Assembly: GCF_052425735.1 (NCBI RefSeq) | Contig: NC_135763.1 | Location: forward strand, 10,788,001 to 10,852,000 | Length of the DNA stretch: 64,000 nt | Source: Oculina patagonica | Taxonomy: Eukaryota | Direction: 5' to 3' | In this document: one piece after another, positions 38,801 through 52,100 of the stretch | How the letters are laid out: each line of letters begins with the position of its first letter | Position numbering within the stretch: the first letter of the stretch is position 1 | Program-made: the position numbers and the translations under genes | The notes under the pieces: model-generated | What the model was told of the DNA's origin: nothing | Seen by the model: only the letters and a program-made list of their open reading frames with translations | Database searches by the model: none

Positions 38801-41800
38801 GCTTATGAACCAAGATTAGATTAATCCAGGATTGAAAGTACAAGCCAAAATTTTCAAAAGCAAGTATAAAGCATTAGTTGAATTTCTGGAGATGTGCCAA
38901 GGTTTAAACCAAAAAACCTTTACATCGGAGGGGGATATAGATATTTTCTGGAACTACACAAATATATAGGTAATGATTTCTGTTTATCTCTCTAATTTTG
39001 CCCAAGAGAAGTTACCGTAAACCTTTAAACACATGCAAATTAAATCTTTCTGTTTTCTTCATAGATGTTTTACAGTACTTGTCAGGAGAATTTCTTAAAT
39101 TCCCTTATTCTTGTCAAGTTTTGTTCATGCTGTGTTGCTTGAATTTAGAAAATTACAGTCAACTTTCTCTCAACACACAGCTCTATAAGGACAGACACCT
39201 GGTGTTGATCCGGTTCCTGCCGTTTTTCAGTTTTTTACTGTAACATAAGTCCCTATATGATGGACACCTCTCTAAGATGGATATCCGCTGACCAGTATCA
39301 CATGACCATATTGCGGGCTCACATATAGAACTCATCGAGGTCGAGTGTTTTTTTTGAAGTTTACTGCTGACCAAATAATGGTTTACATTGGATCGCGGGC
39401 TCAGGTGCTATATTTTTTTCTGTTATTGGTCAGTAAATTGGGAGCTCCGCTTTTAGGCTTGGCTAAATCTATTTAATAGTTTATAGCTCAATATCTGTCT
39501 GTTTCCTTGTTATTGAATGCAGAAAGAAAATGAAACAACATAATTGCTGTCAGCATTGCACCCATTTTGCAGACAAATAATATATATTCTTTGTATATCT
39601 TAAAAAGAAATTTCACAGAGAAATTTATTCACAGTTACATTTAAATTTTAAAACATTAGTCATTTTTGTCAAACATAAAATTAAAGTGAAAAGAAGTCAA
39701 TTTTTTTGAGAAAAAAAGGAAAACAATTATCTGAGATACATGCCTGTTGTATCATGAAATGCCTTTTTTAAGATTGAAGTGTACTATGTATACAATCAGA
39801 AACCCATAAGGGTTGAAACGTGTAACGCGCGCGCACAGCGTTTGAATATTCATTTTGCTAAGTACCATATTTGGAAACACGAACAATTTGTATGCGAATG
39901 CTTTATACACGTAATGAAACACGCAACATATTTTTTGGTTTTGCGGTAAGTTACTTGAATTTCGACCTAAAGGCCGTAAATTTCTTACAGAAACTAAAGA
40001 AATTCATTAAGTGTATCAAAGCGAAGTTATCCAGACTACCTCATGAAGATGAAAAAGGAGAATTTAACCAAATTTAACTTTATTAAACCAAGCTTGTTCA
40101 AAAACAAGATTACGCCATCGAGCGCAAGCTAGCGCGCGCTGTGAATTTAATCCAAATATGGTACTTAGTGATTTTCGTGATTTTCCAAATATGGTACTTA
40201 GTGTAAACGAATGTGCAAACGCTTTGTACAATGCGAATCATAGGGAGTTACACGTTTCAACCCTTATGGGTTTCTGATACAATACATGTATGAAGTTCTA
40301 CTTCATTTATGTTCAAGGAATTTTAAATGAATACAGCCCAACAGAAAATGGGGATAGCCGCATAGTTAACATCACAGTGAAACATCTACTACATCACTCT
40401 GCTGGCTGGGACAGAGACAGGGCTGGGGACCCTGTGTTCTGGAAGGTGGGCAAGCACATGAATGTTGCCGAACCTGTGGTCCCTAGTGTACTGATACAGT
40501 ATATGATGGGAAAGAAACTTCAGTTTGCTCCAGGTGAGTATTTTACAGTGCTTATTACAGTGAAACCCATTAAACTGACTTTGCGAGTGCTGGCAATCCG
40601 AATGTTGTCTTATGGATGCACTTTGCAACAATGTACAACACACATAGGCCATTTCCAAGATTCCTTTTAAACGAGTTCTGGTATACAAGCTTTCATATGG
40701 AAATTAGTTTTTCTTGTACGTCAATTGTCTTGCAAATAAGACTCATTTCATATCTAAACGTTGTGCGTCAGGACTGGTTTTGAAGAAAAGAAAAAAGCAG
40801 AGTTAAAGAGACAAATCGAAAATGGCTTTATGCACACAGTGGTTCAGTCATTCGACTTGGTCATGTGCCCAAATGCAAGATTTCTGGGTGACCAACAATT
40901 AATCCCATTTCTTTAGAACTTTCCCTGTCAGAGGAGAAAATTAGAGAAAAAAAGGACGTGGATTGTTGTGTTTAGAATAGAAATCGGATAGAAAGAAAGC
41001 AGGGAAATGACGTGGTAGTTGTGCCACATCATTGGCCAAAAAACGAGGAAAAACTATGAATGGACGAAAAACTAAGGATAGAACCGTGCACGTGTATTTG
41101 TTTAACTTTGATTGGTTACTCTGGCTGAGTTTTTGTGAAAATTAAGTTCCTTCTTGTTGTTTCACAGGGAAACGACACGCCTATTCCAACTTAGGTTATA
41201 CAGTTTTGGGACAAGTGATCGAAAGAACGACTGGACAAGGGTATGAAGAGTTTATGACGAGTCTGTTTAAGTGTGTGGGAATAACACAAATGAAAATTGG
41301 GAGAACTCGGAAGAAGGATCTGGGTGATGAAGAGGTAGGAACTACTACATGTACATACATACATACATAAACTTTATTTAAGTGTCAGGGTATTTAAATA
41401 GCTAATTGGGGACACTAAAATAAATATACAAATATAAAATATAAAAATACTGCCATAAGGATCTATCTCTTTCCCTACTTCCCTTGAAGTCCCCCCTCCT
41501 TCTGCCAGGGACACGATCTAGCCACCGAAACACCTAAAAATTATACTAGTAGATTTAGAGATTGAATCTAAACATATTTACGGGTCACTGGACATCTTCT
41601 TTTAGGTGGAATATTTTCACAATCGTCACCCGACGATGGTGAAGTCAATATTTCCCGACGGGGGTAGAGTGCCTCCACAGTATGGGAGGTGGACTATGGA
41701 AGAGGCTGATGCGCATGGCGGGTGGATAGCGACAGCTGCTGAGCTGTTGAGGTTTCTTCTCGCGTTGGAACACGGTGCGAATGGTTGCAGAATGATCTCA

Positions 41801-42874
41801 GCTGAAACATTTAAAACAATGCTTGAAAAGCCGTCCTTTGAAAAAGATACTGAAGAATGGTACGGGTTTGGTCTCGACATCCGGGACAATGGTAGTACTT
41901 GGGGTCACAGTGGACAAATGGAGGGTACCTCGGGTGTTCTCACGCGCCACTGTGGGGGGTACGCTTGGGCGCTGTTGTTCAATTCGTGGGCTAAAGACTT
42001 GGACCTGGACGGCTTGGTGAAGTATGCGTTGAGTCGCACTGCGCATGTTACAATACATCCTATTTCAGATAATATCATCCCCGATACCATAAGGACAGGA
42101 GACAATCGTCAGGTCATTAAGGTTATGGTACCAACCAGCGCCTTCTGGTCATTGTATGATGATTTAAAACAACAAGGATTTGATTTAACTTGGCTAAACG
42201 CTTATAAAGTTGCAGATGTTGTATATTTCAACACGATTTTCATTCAAAGCAGTAGCTTAAACTCGGCTTCAACTGTTTATATTGGATTAACAGCTGACTC
42301 GTGTCGCGATCGACTTGACAGTCTTGTTGGTCTGCGACCTTTCCATATCGAGACCTATGTCAAAAACAACGAGTTTCTTTATGCTGTGCTCGTAACTCCT
42401 GCAAATGGAGTATCGTGGACGTTAAATTTTGATCTCACTGTCGCGCAGCATAGAAAAAACATGCCAGCAATGTTTAAAAGTGATTACAACCTAACTGTGC
42501 AATGTCTAACCGAGTTCAAAGGTCGATTACATGTTACAACTCTGTACGAAAAAGTCCCGAATGGCGAATGCATTGCAGAGTTTGACCTCAAACCGGATTA
42601 TTACCAGTTTGAATTTCACAAGCAAGCTAAACAAGGTGTGACGTTAACTTACGTCAGGGCCTATCACGTGAAAGGCAAGCCTCGGTTTAGTGTCATCTGG
42701 ACCAATCAGATTGCGGGCTTAAGCGGAACGAGGCATAACGTGTCTAAATATGGGTTTTTGTTCGAGCTGGAAGAGACAGCAAAGAAGAATTTCTATGCGC
42801 AGTGTATAAGTTGTTATATGAATGAAGACGTTCTCAATTTTGTTGTATCGTGGAATAAAGAAATTAAGAAATGA
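35891..42874 (+). CDS. Serine beta-lactamase-fold hydrolase (AmpC/PBP-like) with C-terminal polyglycine-hydrolase-like (BTRD1) repeats, ~668 aa
   Basis: Coding exons 35891-35957, 37702-37839, 38392-38541, 40318-40533, 41168-41334, 41606-42874 (2007 nt, phases consistent). Motifs IPGASVA, FRIASISK (SxxK), LLHHSAG, FAPG..AYSNLGY (YxN), AHGGWIATAAELLRF, WYGFG, WGHSG. C-terminal ~50-aa repeats such as YDDLKQQGFDLTWLNAY..YFNTIF and QAKQGVTLTYVRAY..PRFSVIW. The first exon and start are less certain. Confidence 0.88.
36124..36976. mobile_element. MITE with long AATCAAT-rich inverted arms
   Basis: CCCGACGATT(C/T)CAATCAATGA TIRs; ATTTAAA duplicated at 36117-36123 and 36977-36983. Confidence 0.85.
37964..38075 (+). 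mobile_element. Penelope-type pLTR remnant with degenerate hammerhead inside a 30-bp inverted repeat
   Basis: CTGATGA-TGAC-aacaa-GTC-cAAAC at 38000-38023 (G of GAAAC mutated); arms 37964-37993 and 38047-38075. Confidence 0.6.
39797..40276. mobile_element. MITE with 29-bp perfect TIRs and 7-bp TSD
   Basis: CAGAAACCCATAAGGGTTGAAACGTGTAAC termini; ATACAAT at 39790-39796 and 40277-40283; ends 41 bp before an exon. Confidence 0.9.
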
Positions 42875-43001
42875 ACTGGAAAGTCTTGTTTACAATGTTT
42901 TGTTTGGTGACTGTGGAATGGCAGACGCCTTTTTCAGTCATACAAAACTTATTCCACATGTCGCAGTATATTTGCAGGAAAAAGAACCTACTTACAGTGC
43001 A

Positions 43002-43298
43002 GCGCGCCATACCATTGCCACTTAAAAAGTTTGTGATGCATTTTTGACACCTTGTGACAGCTTTTTGACAACTTTCTGGTAGCTTTCGTTCGAACTGGCC
43101 AATCAAAGAAAGCGCAAAGATTTGTAGGAGATTGAGCTGACAGTTCCGCGTTCCCTCTCCGACAACTGTCAACTCCGACTCCCTCACGTCTTGCAATTTG
43201 ATTGGCCAGTTGAAACGGAAGCCATCAGATCAGTAGTCGTCAAAAAGACGTCAAAAAATTTATCAAAAACTTTACCAAGTGGAAATGGTATGACGCGC
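43002..43298. mobile_element. Imperfect palindromic MITE just downstream of the hydrolase stop codon
   Basis: GCGCGCCATACCATTGCCACTT..AAAGTTT is mirrored by AAACTTT..AAGTGGAAATGGTATGACGCGC. Confidence 0.65.
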
Positions 43299-44323
43299 AT
43301 GGCCTTGCTGCCCTGCCTCCACAAGCTTCCACACGCCCCTTGTAGCCTATTGGATGCCTGTTGGAAAACAGCTTGGACTTTTTAGTATGCTTTGTCACTG
43401 ACTGAGAAATGTCTCACGATGAACGATGTTCTAAGCAACACTAACTTCGAACCTGTTCCTTTCGAAAAAATCCAACATTCCCAAGTACATACTACAAGAA
43501 TTGTCGAGGCTGTTTTTGTTTTTTGTTTTTTTGTTTTTGGGGGGGGGGGGGGGGGGCGACTTTGAAGGTAAAAATGTAAATTATCAATCCCACTTTATGC
43601 GCGCCAACTGGCCCAGAGCTTTTCTGGGTTTGCGTAGCATAAAGCAACTAGGTATTTTCCCCCCCCCCGGGGGGCGGCGCGCGCTCCCCACGTAACTCCC
43701 AAGTATTTTTTTTATGTATATTATAGACCAAGTTCAAAGCTTAATGATTTGTTAAATAACAGTATAAATATAGTAGGATCCCGATAAATTCAAAACCAAC
43801 TACGGCCTCAATCTTTCGTTTTTGTCGGTAGTTCGTCTGCGCAAATAATTTGTAGGATAAAATCAGTATCCAGTGATGTTATAACTAAAAATAAGCTGCA
43901 TTTTGTACTCAAAAGTGATCAATATATCTGGTGGATAGCATTATCCAGCTTTTCAACAAACCGAGGTCTGTGTTTCATCGTCCTTGGGTTTTTAGCTGCT
44001 ATACATCTCCCTGTAGCGTTATATTTTCTAGTTTTTTTTCCCTGTTTTCTTAGGGATTACTGCTATATCCCCGGGAGACTACTTTCTCTGGGTATTGCTT
44101 GTTGCCATCGGTCAGGGTATATTATCTGCCTCGAGTTTACCTCTTGCTATATCGCTGGGGTTATATCTCCCTGGGGTCTTACTTCTTGCTTTCTCCCTTT
44201 AGGGATTTATCTCTTGTTTTCTTACTGGAACTTGGGATTTTTTCTCGTGCTTTCTCTCGGATTTTCCGCTTCTGGCTGTTTTACCTTCTGCCACTTTTGC
44301 GCCGTTTTTTGAAAGCCAAGTAA

Positions 44324-44462
44324 CAGTAGCGGATCCAGACCTTGATCTAAGGTGGGGACCTTTCTTTTTGTGTGTACACCCAAACAATTTTAGCGAGGGG
44401 GGAAGTAATTAAAAAAATGTCATACCAAAAATAAGGAGGCCCCTCCCCTAGATCCGCCACTG
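44324..44462. mobile_element. Small hAT-like MITE (CAGTGGCGGATC termini); a relative lies at ~47757-47908
   Basis: CAGTAGCGGATCCAG...CTAGATCCGCCACTG. Confidence 0.7.
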
Positions 44463-45071
44463 ATATGGTTAGAAATGTCTTTTTTTCTCGATCCTTATCT
44501 TAAGTTACGGCTTGAGAAAACTACCAAATGAAGGAAACGAAAAAGAAATCTTCATTATCTTTAAATACCGGGCTTTTGCTATCGTTTAGGGATTTTACGC
44601 TTTGCCCTCTTTCTGGCAGGGATTTTCTTGCTGGCCCCTTAAGATTTTATATATCGCTTGTTAACTCCTTAAGATTTCACTTCTAGCCGCCCCCCCCCCC
44701 CCCCCCCTGAAGTATTATTTCTTATAAAACTAGCCCGTAGTTCGCCTCTAATATTTTGCAATCGCACTTTTAGCTACGATTAAAAACAACCGCCAGCTAT
44801 CTCTTTGCATCAGATTAAGGTTTTGTTATATTCGATCGCTTTGATCTCTTTTCGTGTTCACCAGTGGTCCTATTGTGCGCTTAGTGGAGGTGTCCGCTAA
44901 CTGGACATTTAAAATGCAGTGTTTGTATGTGGTTAAAACTACCATGACTTAGAGTCCGCTTAAGAGAAGTGTCCGTTAGCGAACGTTCGAAAGTAGTTTC
45001 GTTTTCCACTACAGCTGTGGATAATAGTTGGTAAGAGGAGTTGCAGGCTTCAGTTAATATATGAAGAGAAC

Positions 45072-46837
45072 CTACGACCTGTCAGGGTCGTCCTTCTTAA
45101 ATACAAAATCTACAGGTGGGACGGGCGTGGCGGGTCCTCTTATGTACCTATGCCTCTTTCGAGACTCGTCCTGGTACATCCATGATTTGTCTGAGAACAG
45201 GTTCATGTTAGGACAAGTATGAATATTGATCACACCTTCCTTTCTCTCGCTTGGCCTCTCAAAAGAGATGTTGGCATTAGCTCCGGCTTTAAAATGGCCC
45301 GCTTTTGAGGTTACCCCGTCTAAAGCTTGTTTCTTCACACGCAGTGCGGAGGGCGGTAAAGCAGGAAGAGGTTGCTTAACAAACGACTGAACTTTCGTCT
45401 TAAGTTCGTCAGTTTCCGACCTGGCGCGATTTTGAAGTTGCTGAACGGTCGATACCTTTCGGGTGCCTACGTCGCCAGGTTCGGATCGCGCTCGTAATCT
45501 TTCGATGACAACGCTGATCGATTCGAAGTCGCCTTCTTCGCTGTTCGGCGGAGTTGGAATGTCTGATTCGTTCGACTTCCGTTTTATGACTTGATTGTTT
45601 TCAGAACATGCTATTATTGATGACGGAAGAGCAACAATCTCGCTGCTTTTTTGTTCCGTGTTTGATGAAGTGTCACATTTGTTCCTTGTTATTTTGTCAG
45701 CTGCCTCGACATCAAAATCTTGATTTTGTACTGCAAACTCACTGCCTGCTGAGTTTACTTTTGTGCTAACATCGATCAGAGCTGAAATCTTTTGATCCGC
45801 AGCACTCAGCGACCCTGCTCCGTTTGCCGTCTCGTGGCATCTTGAGTAATGCATCAGTGATTTCTCGGTCAAAACAGGAAACCTAGTTTCTCTAGACCCT
45901 GTGCTTTGTTTCTTAACTCCACTGATTTTTCTACTTTCCTTTCTCTTCAAATTTTTCTCTAATATTTGATATTTTAAATGATCAAGTTTCTCCCTTTGTT
46001 CTGCAGACATTCGCACAGAATCTTCTACTTCACTATCTGAAAAACTTCGACCCCTGGTTAACTCCTGATCAGAAACTTTCTTCCACGATAAATTTCCTTG
46101 CCCCGGATCAGGAAGACTTATTTTATGTGTATGAGAGTCTTTATCAAAGTGTACCAGACGCTTGCTATGTATAGTCACGCTTTCTCCATTATTCAGCCGG
46201 TTACCTTTGGCCCCTTTTCGATGTGTCCAACTGGGGGACGACGATCTGTATTCTTCATGCGCATTAACGTTCTCGCCAGACATTGCTGGAAACGTCAGCG
46301 TCTCTTCGACCCTGTCGTTGCCGTAGATGCTGTGTTCAGGTTTGGGTGAAGTAGCACTCTTTTTGTTACACATCTTCCCTTGATTATGCTCATTCCTCCA
46401 CGCGACTGAAACCGTCTGATCGTGAGGCAATGCTGGTCTCGAGTTTCCCGTGCTTCTGTCATCAGGCTTTCGTTCCAGCTCACTAGTGCTCTTCCTTCGA
46501 GTGTTTGTAAACTGTGGCGTTAACATAGCTTTAAGTAATGGCTGCCCTTCACTTTTGCGTCGATTCCCTTCTCTTAAGCCTGACGCCGAAGCGTCCTGAG
46601 GCCATGTAACGGTCTTTCGATCACGAAGCTCTCGGCTTCCGCGTTTCGAGTCCCTTGACGCAGCACGCTTTCTCGTAAATCTGCTTTGTGTCCAAGCTCG
46701 TTGTCAGCAAGACGTCTCTTCCAATCTCCAATCTTGAAAACGTCAATATTATCGGTAGTGTTTTCCTTACCATTTAGCGATGAACTTGGCTCAACAAATC
46801 CATTAATCCGATTTTCATCTAGAGGCAAGACGGACAT
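45072..46837 (-). CDS. Uncharacterised Ser/Lys/Arg-rich, probably disordered protein; apparently split by a frameshift near its 5' end
   Basis: Frame open 46703-45072 (first ATG 46526, 484 aa); an upstream ATG at 46837 opens an overlapping frame ending at 46574. C-terminus SWMYQD..RHRYIRGPATPVPPVDFVF looks like a conserved short motif. Confidence 0.7.
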
Positions 46838-47998
46838 ATTGTGCGTGTACTGTTTCACCGTCAAAGAATCTAATTGATTCTAAATGCACGAAAGCGGAAA
46901 ATTTTGATTAGCTTTGTGCTCCCGAAATGTTATTTGCATCGCAATTAGTTTCATAGCTTTGTCAATACAAAATATTGGTCACGACAGCCTCTAAATACTT
47001 CTCACTTCATTGTGTACAAAAAGTAAATTACGTGTCATCAATTGGCGTCATTAGTGGTCAAATATCACGAATGTCACTCACGCATAATGCCCTCTTGTTG
47101 AAAAGCAGCCTCCCTCCGGCTAACTTCTTGCGCGATAACATCTTGAAACGCAAGCCTTATAACCTCCTCTAAAGTCTATCCGTGTCATTTCCAAGTGTCT
47201 GTGTTTGCAAATTTGAAGATCACAGTCTTTGACAAAACGTCACCCTTCTTTCAACATCAACTCTAACATGCATTATAGCTCATTATGACTCGTGGAAAGA
47301 AATGACATATCCACCTTATTATATTAGAGAAGTTAACGCTCCATGAAATTAACACGTATTTAGAATATTCACGTTAATTAAGGTAGTGTAAATTTTATGT
47401 CAATTTCCACGCCATCGATTTCTGTTGAACCAAAATTCTGAGCTTGTCCCAACGAAAAAGAAGTATAAAACTCATCAACAATGCTCTCTGTTTGCCGGCA
47501 CCCTTCATTTGATCTTTAAATAAAAAATGTTTTCAAGATTTTAAGTTCTTCCTGCTTCTCTGGGGTATTATTTGTACAAAATATTAACAAATACTTCACA
47601 AATCGATCGATCTGACTCTCTTCTGTTATGATATGTCCTTAATATTTTGTTCCTGTTGTCATTAAAATAAGTGTTTTCCATCACGGACAATTTCCTTTTA
47701 TTCCCTGTATCAGGAATGGGCCTTCACTCGCTGTTCTATATGTTGCTCCAACAACCCAGGGGCGGATCTAGGGGAGGCCACCTTATTTTTTGGCCAAATA
47801 GAGGCCCCGAAGGGCCGAGAAAAATAATTTTCAAGAGCAGGCCCCCTTATTATTCCAGCGCCTGGATGATCGTGCCCCCACTTAGCTGAAGGTCTGGATC
47901 CACTACTGCAACCGAACGCCTGAAGGGGTATACATTATTTGAAAGTGTTAATAAACGCATTAGTCGGAAAATCAGTGGTATAAAAAGAGGATCATGAC

Positions 47999-48837
47999 TA
48001 ATACACCACACGAGTACTACGAGTAACATACGGGTAACATACGAGTAACACACGAAACATACGGGCACATACGGGTACATACAGGTAACATACGAGTAAC
48101 ATACGGATACATACGAGTAACATACGGATGATACGAGTAACATACGGATGCATACGAGTAACATACCAGTTCTTTTATCATTTCACTTTATTTTATTTTA
48201 TTTTTCATTTTTATTTTATCCTCCCCCACCCCCCTTCCCGTCAACAAGGTTGCGTGACGAGCCCAAAGGACAAAACGTATTGAAGACGTATAAAGAATTG
48301 GAAATGTTATAAGATCAATAGCTCATCTTCTTGAATTCACTTACATACGATCTTACCCGTAACATACGAGTAACATAAGGACACATACGGGTGCATACCA
48401 GTTCCTATTTCATTTCACTTTATTTTATTTTGTTTTTTTGTTTTTCATTTTTTTGCTCCTTGTCCTTTGGGCTCGTCACGCAATTTTTTTTGGAGGGGAG
48501 AGCGATGGAGGAAACACGTTACATCTAATGACCAATAATTGATTTTCGATTATTAGTCGATTATCATACTCGCATGTTACCTGTATGTACCCGTAATTGC
48601 CCGTATGTTTTGTTTTGTTTACTTGTGTTGCATAAAATAAAAATGGAAAATAAAATAAGATAAAATAAAGTGAAATGAAATTGGAACTGGTATGTTACTC
48701 GTATGTATCCGTATGTTACTCGTATGTATCCGTATGTTACTCGTATGTTACCTGTATGTATCCGTATGTACCCGTATGTTCCCTGTGTTACTCGTATGTT
48801 ACCCGTATGTTACTCGTGGTACTCGTGTGGTGTATTA
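47999..48837. mobile_element. Foldback element with internal 11-bp-type tandem repeats (ACATACGAGTA) in both arms
   Basis: TAATACACCACACGAGTAC... at 47999 is mirrored by ...GTACTCGTGTGGTGTATTA at 48837; it accounts for the repetitive CYSYV ORFs. Confidence 0.85.
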
Positions 48838-49108
48838 AAGAGAACAACAGAACAAAAATACAAAACGTTAACAAACACAGCAGGGCACCCATGTAGGTTG
48901 TCGGCCACTCAAAAAAATTTTCTGGAAATTATTCGGAAATATATAAACATTATAACACAAAAGAATCTAGAAACTGTTAAAGTAAACTGTCTGCCAGCTG
49001 TAATCCGCCCTCGGGCTGTATTCAACAATGCAACTTACATGATGTGCTAACTTGTTTATGATTTTACCACTGACACATTTAACCGCGGCGCGATTGCATG
49101 TGTGCAAA

Positions 49109-52100
49109 ATGGCGGTCGTGCGAAGCCTTGCGAAGGAAAGCAAACCATTCCTCTCGGCTCTTCGTCTCATCGGAAGCTATCATAACTCCAAGTGCAACCC
49201 TACGCAATACAGCTCTATGTTTTTCTCAAGGCAATCACGATGTGCAAGGCTTTTTATTAGGAGAAATATCTGGTCTTCCCGACAAGACGATTTGAGCAGA
49301 GCTCTCTCTGACGCCGAGAAAATTGTTGGATATCCGACGTCTTTCCTAAATCTTCGATATCTGTTGAGCGATGAGATCTCTAACATCGCCATGTACATGA
49401 AAAGGTTCGCTATGAGCAAGCATCCGATGTTGCGAACAGCTCGGGGCTTTGTATCTGACGAGAACCACACTATACAAACTCGAGGACTTCTGGTGCTCCT
49501 CATCTCCAAGGCTTCCCGACCGTGTTTAAAAACCGACTGGAACATGGAGCAGGAATTAGTATCGGATATTCATTCAAGCCAGAGACAGCTAGCGGACATA
49601 ACAGAAACTATACACACAGGTAAGACGTTGTGCATTAGGGGGGGGGGGGGGGGGGGGGGGGGACATTCCATTTTTAATCCGAACGCCCCTCCCCGTCCCC
49701 CTCCCCCCCCCCCCACTGGCCCCCACTGAAGGCACGATTCCAACACCCTAGTTTTTTGTTTGTTTGTTTGTTGTCAGCCCTTTTGAAGTCTGCATCCGTT
49801 TAGCCTCCCACGCAGTCATTTTTAGGGGCGATTGTGTTACACTCCTCTCCACAAACGCCTACTTAACCGAGGCCAACATTCCTTTCCGCCACTAAGCCAA
49901 TCAGATTTTACCAACTAAAATCTGGAAGGTTGACCTTGACCGCAAGATGCTCTCCGTGGTATGAAACCAAAACAATAGCTGTTATTGGAGTTGTCAGCGG
50001 TTTGACATACAAACGAGGCGAAAGGGTCATTCTGCATTGTGTTGATAGATGTGTTGACCCTTTCGCCTCGTTCGCATAACTTCTTAACAAAAGAATATAT
50101 TATCGCTGGCTCAACTGCAATAACAGCTATTGATCAGAGCTGGCTAATAGCACCGCGTTCTTTCAAGTTTAGGATGTTTTGCTCAAAATTCATTTAGATA
50201 TATAAAAGCAATTTCCTAATTTGCTGGCTACGGTAAATCGCTTGTTTATCAAACTTGACTTTTGTTGTTTGACAGTCTCGACGTTTTGTTGGCTTTGTTG
50301 TGATATTGCCATTCGAGAAAATATATTAGGAGCGTGGTTCATTTATCGTTCAAAATGTGTTTGCACGAAGAAAAAAATATTTTCCGCAACCCTAAAATCG
50401 AAAGACCGTCAAACTATCGACGGGAAAAATACAATGCTAGCCTTTTAGAATTGTTCGGGGTCAAGTTTTACAGAGTGAAAAAAAAAATTCACCGTGCAGT
50501 GAATTATTGTTGTGGTCACCATTTCCAAGTTCTACGTGTTCGTCAACTTGATCAGTTCATTGCAGTTTTACCCTTCGATTCATCAACTTGGAAATACCAT
50601 AGATCTCTTCTTTGAAGGAATTCGTATCCATAGTGGTGATATTTTTTTTGATGTTCTCACAGATTGCTGATTTGATCAGGTGAGGAAGTTAAACTGCACT
50701 TTTCCCAAAACTTCTAACCATTCCAGCAGATGACTGAATCAAAGCGTCGCACAAAAAAGCACTTCGATTCAAATCAATGATTTTTCTGGTGTTTTAGCCA
50801 TCGTGTAGTACTAAAGTGGAATATTCAAGCCCGTATCTCAAAGACGGAATTCGCGGGTAATTTTATAACGATTATCAGACAATGCCTAAATGGTGATTGG
50901 TAGGTCGTCTGGTGAGTAAAACAATGGGAAAGGAATGTTGGTGTCAGTTAAGCACGGAAATATCAACTCCGCGATTAAACATCATGCAGAAATCAGCCAC
51001 GACATACATCCAAGTTACGCCGAAATTCTTGAAACAGGTGTAAGCAGCAAGAACAAAAGACTGTTTCTGGAGTCTTTACATTCTTTCCGAGACAAAAACA
51101 CTTTAAACGAAAGAGCGCCCTTCCCAAGGGTTTACGCATCGCTAGTTGCTCCCCAGGGGGGCAACGAACAATAACGTCAATGCAACTTATTAGAATTCTG
51201 CCAACCTTGCAAAATCCATCATTCTCTGAAGAAGACCGCAGAAGGCGATCAAAAATTTAGAGTATCCTTTTATATTTTTAGATCTGTTTAAATCATTTTT
51301 ATATTTTAAGCTATGACCACAGATCGCTCCAGCAGTTTTAAAACCTACATGTGTATTTCTACATCTTTTTTTCTGATATACATCATAGCCATGCTATTTC
51401 ACTTCGAGATGGTCTAGATAGAACCCTAGCCACTGGCCATTCAAGTAGGCAAAATGATGTACATTTTTAGCTATGATCCCTATCAGAGTATAAGGTGTAG
51501 AAACAGAGTTAATAGTCCATTATGGAATTACTATGGAAAAAATGCAAAGGAGTGAGGCTAACACATTTTTTCAGAGTGAGAAATAAGTTGGCACATACTG
51601 CTAATGTCATACAGTACATAGACCCAATGCAAATATGGCGGCCGTTAATTTTTGGCTCCCAGAAAAATCATTTGTCAACAAAATTAAATTACTTTAACTT
51701 AAAGATAAAGTCAAAGTAAATCAGTGTACGAAGTTTAAAGGCTATACTTCCATCTGATGGGAAGTTACAGGGGTATTTATATTGCCAAAAACATGAAAAC
51801 GAGGCTAGGCAGGCCAGGGTGATTTTTTCCATACAAATCTCTTAAATTTTAATGAGTCATAACTTTGCAGCCATTTAACCCAAAACACTGAAACTTCTCA
51901 AAATAGCATCTAGTATTTCATATATATATTTGAGTGCCACCCTCAGCGTTTTAAGAAAATTGACCAAACAACAGAAATGAATGACAACCATTTTTGCATA
52001 AGGTCTATGTATCTATTCTTTATACTCTGATAAAGAATACCCGTAACTTTTTCTGTGAGAAAGATACCCACAAGAATCCCAGCAATATTTATAAAATGAA

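Noticed and set aside
41606-42874. Bacterial contamination or a prokaryotic beta-lactamase gene
   Set aside because: The ORF is the last exon of a spliced gene; the catalytic SxxK and YxN motifs lie in upstream GT-AG exons.
47999-48837. CRISPR-like array, or the CYSYV/YPYVTR repeat ORFs as proteins
   Set aside because: Short tandem units without unique spacers, inside a foldback element; eukaryotic context and no cas genes.
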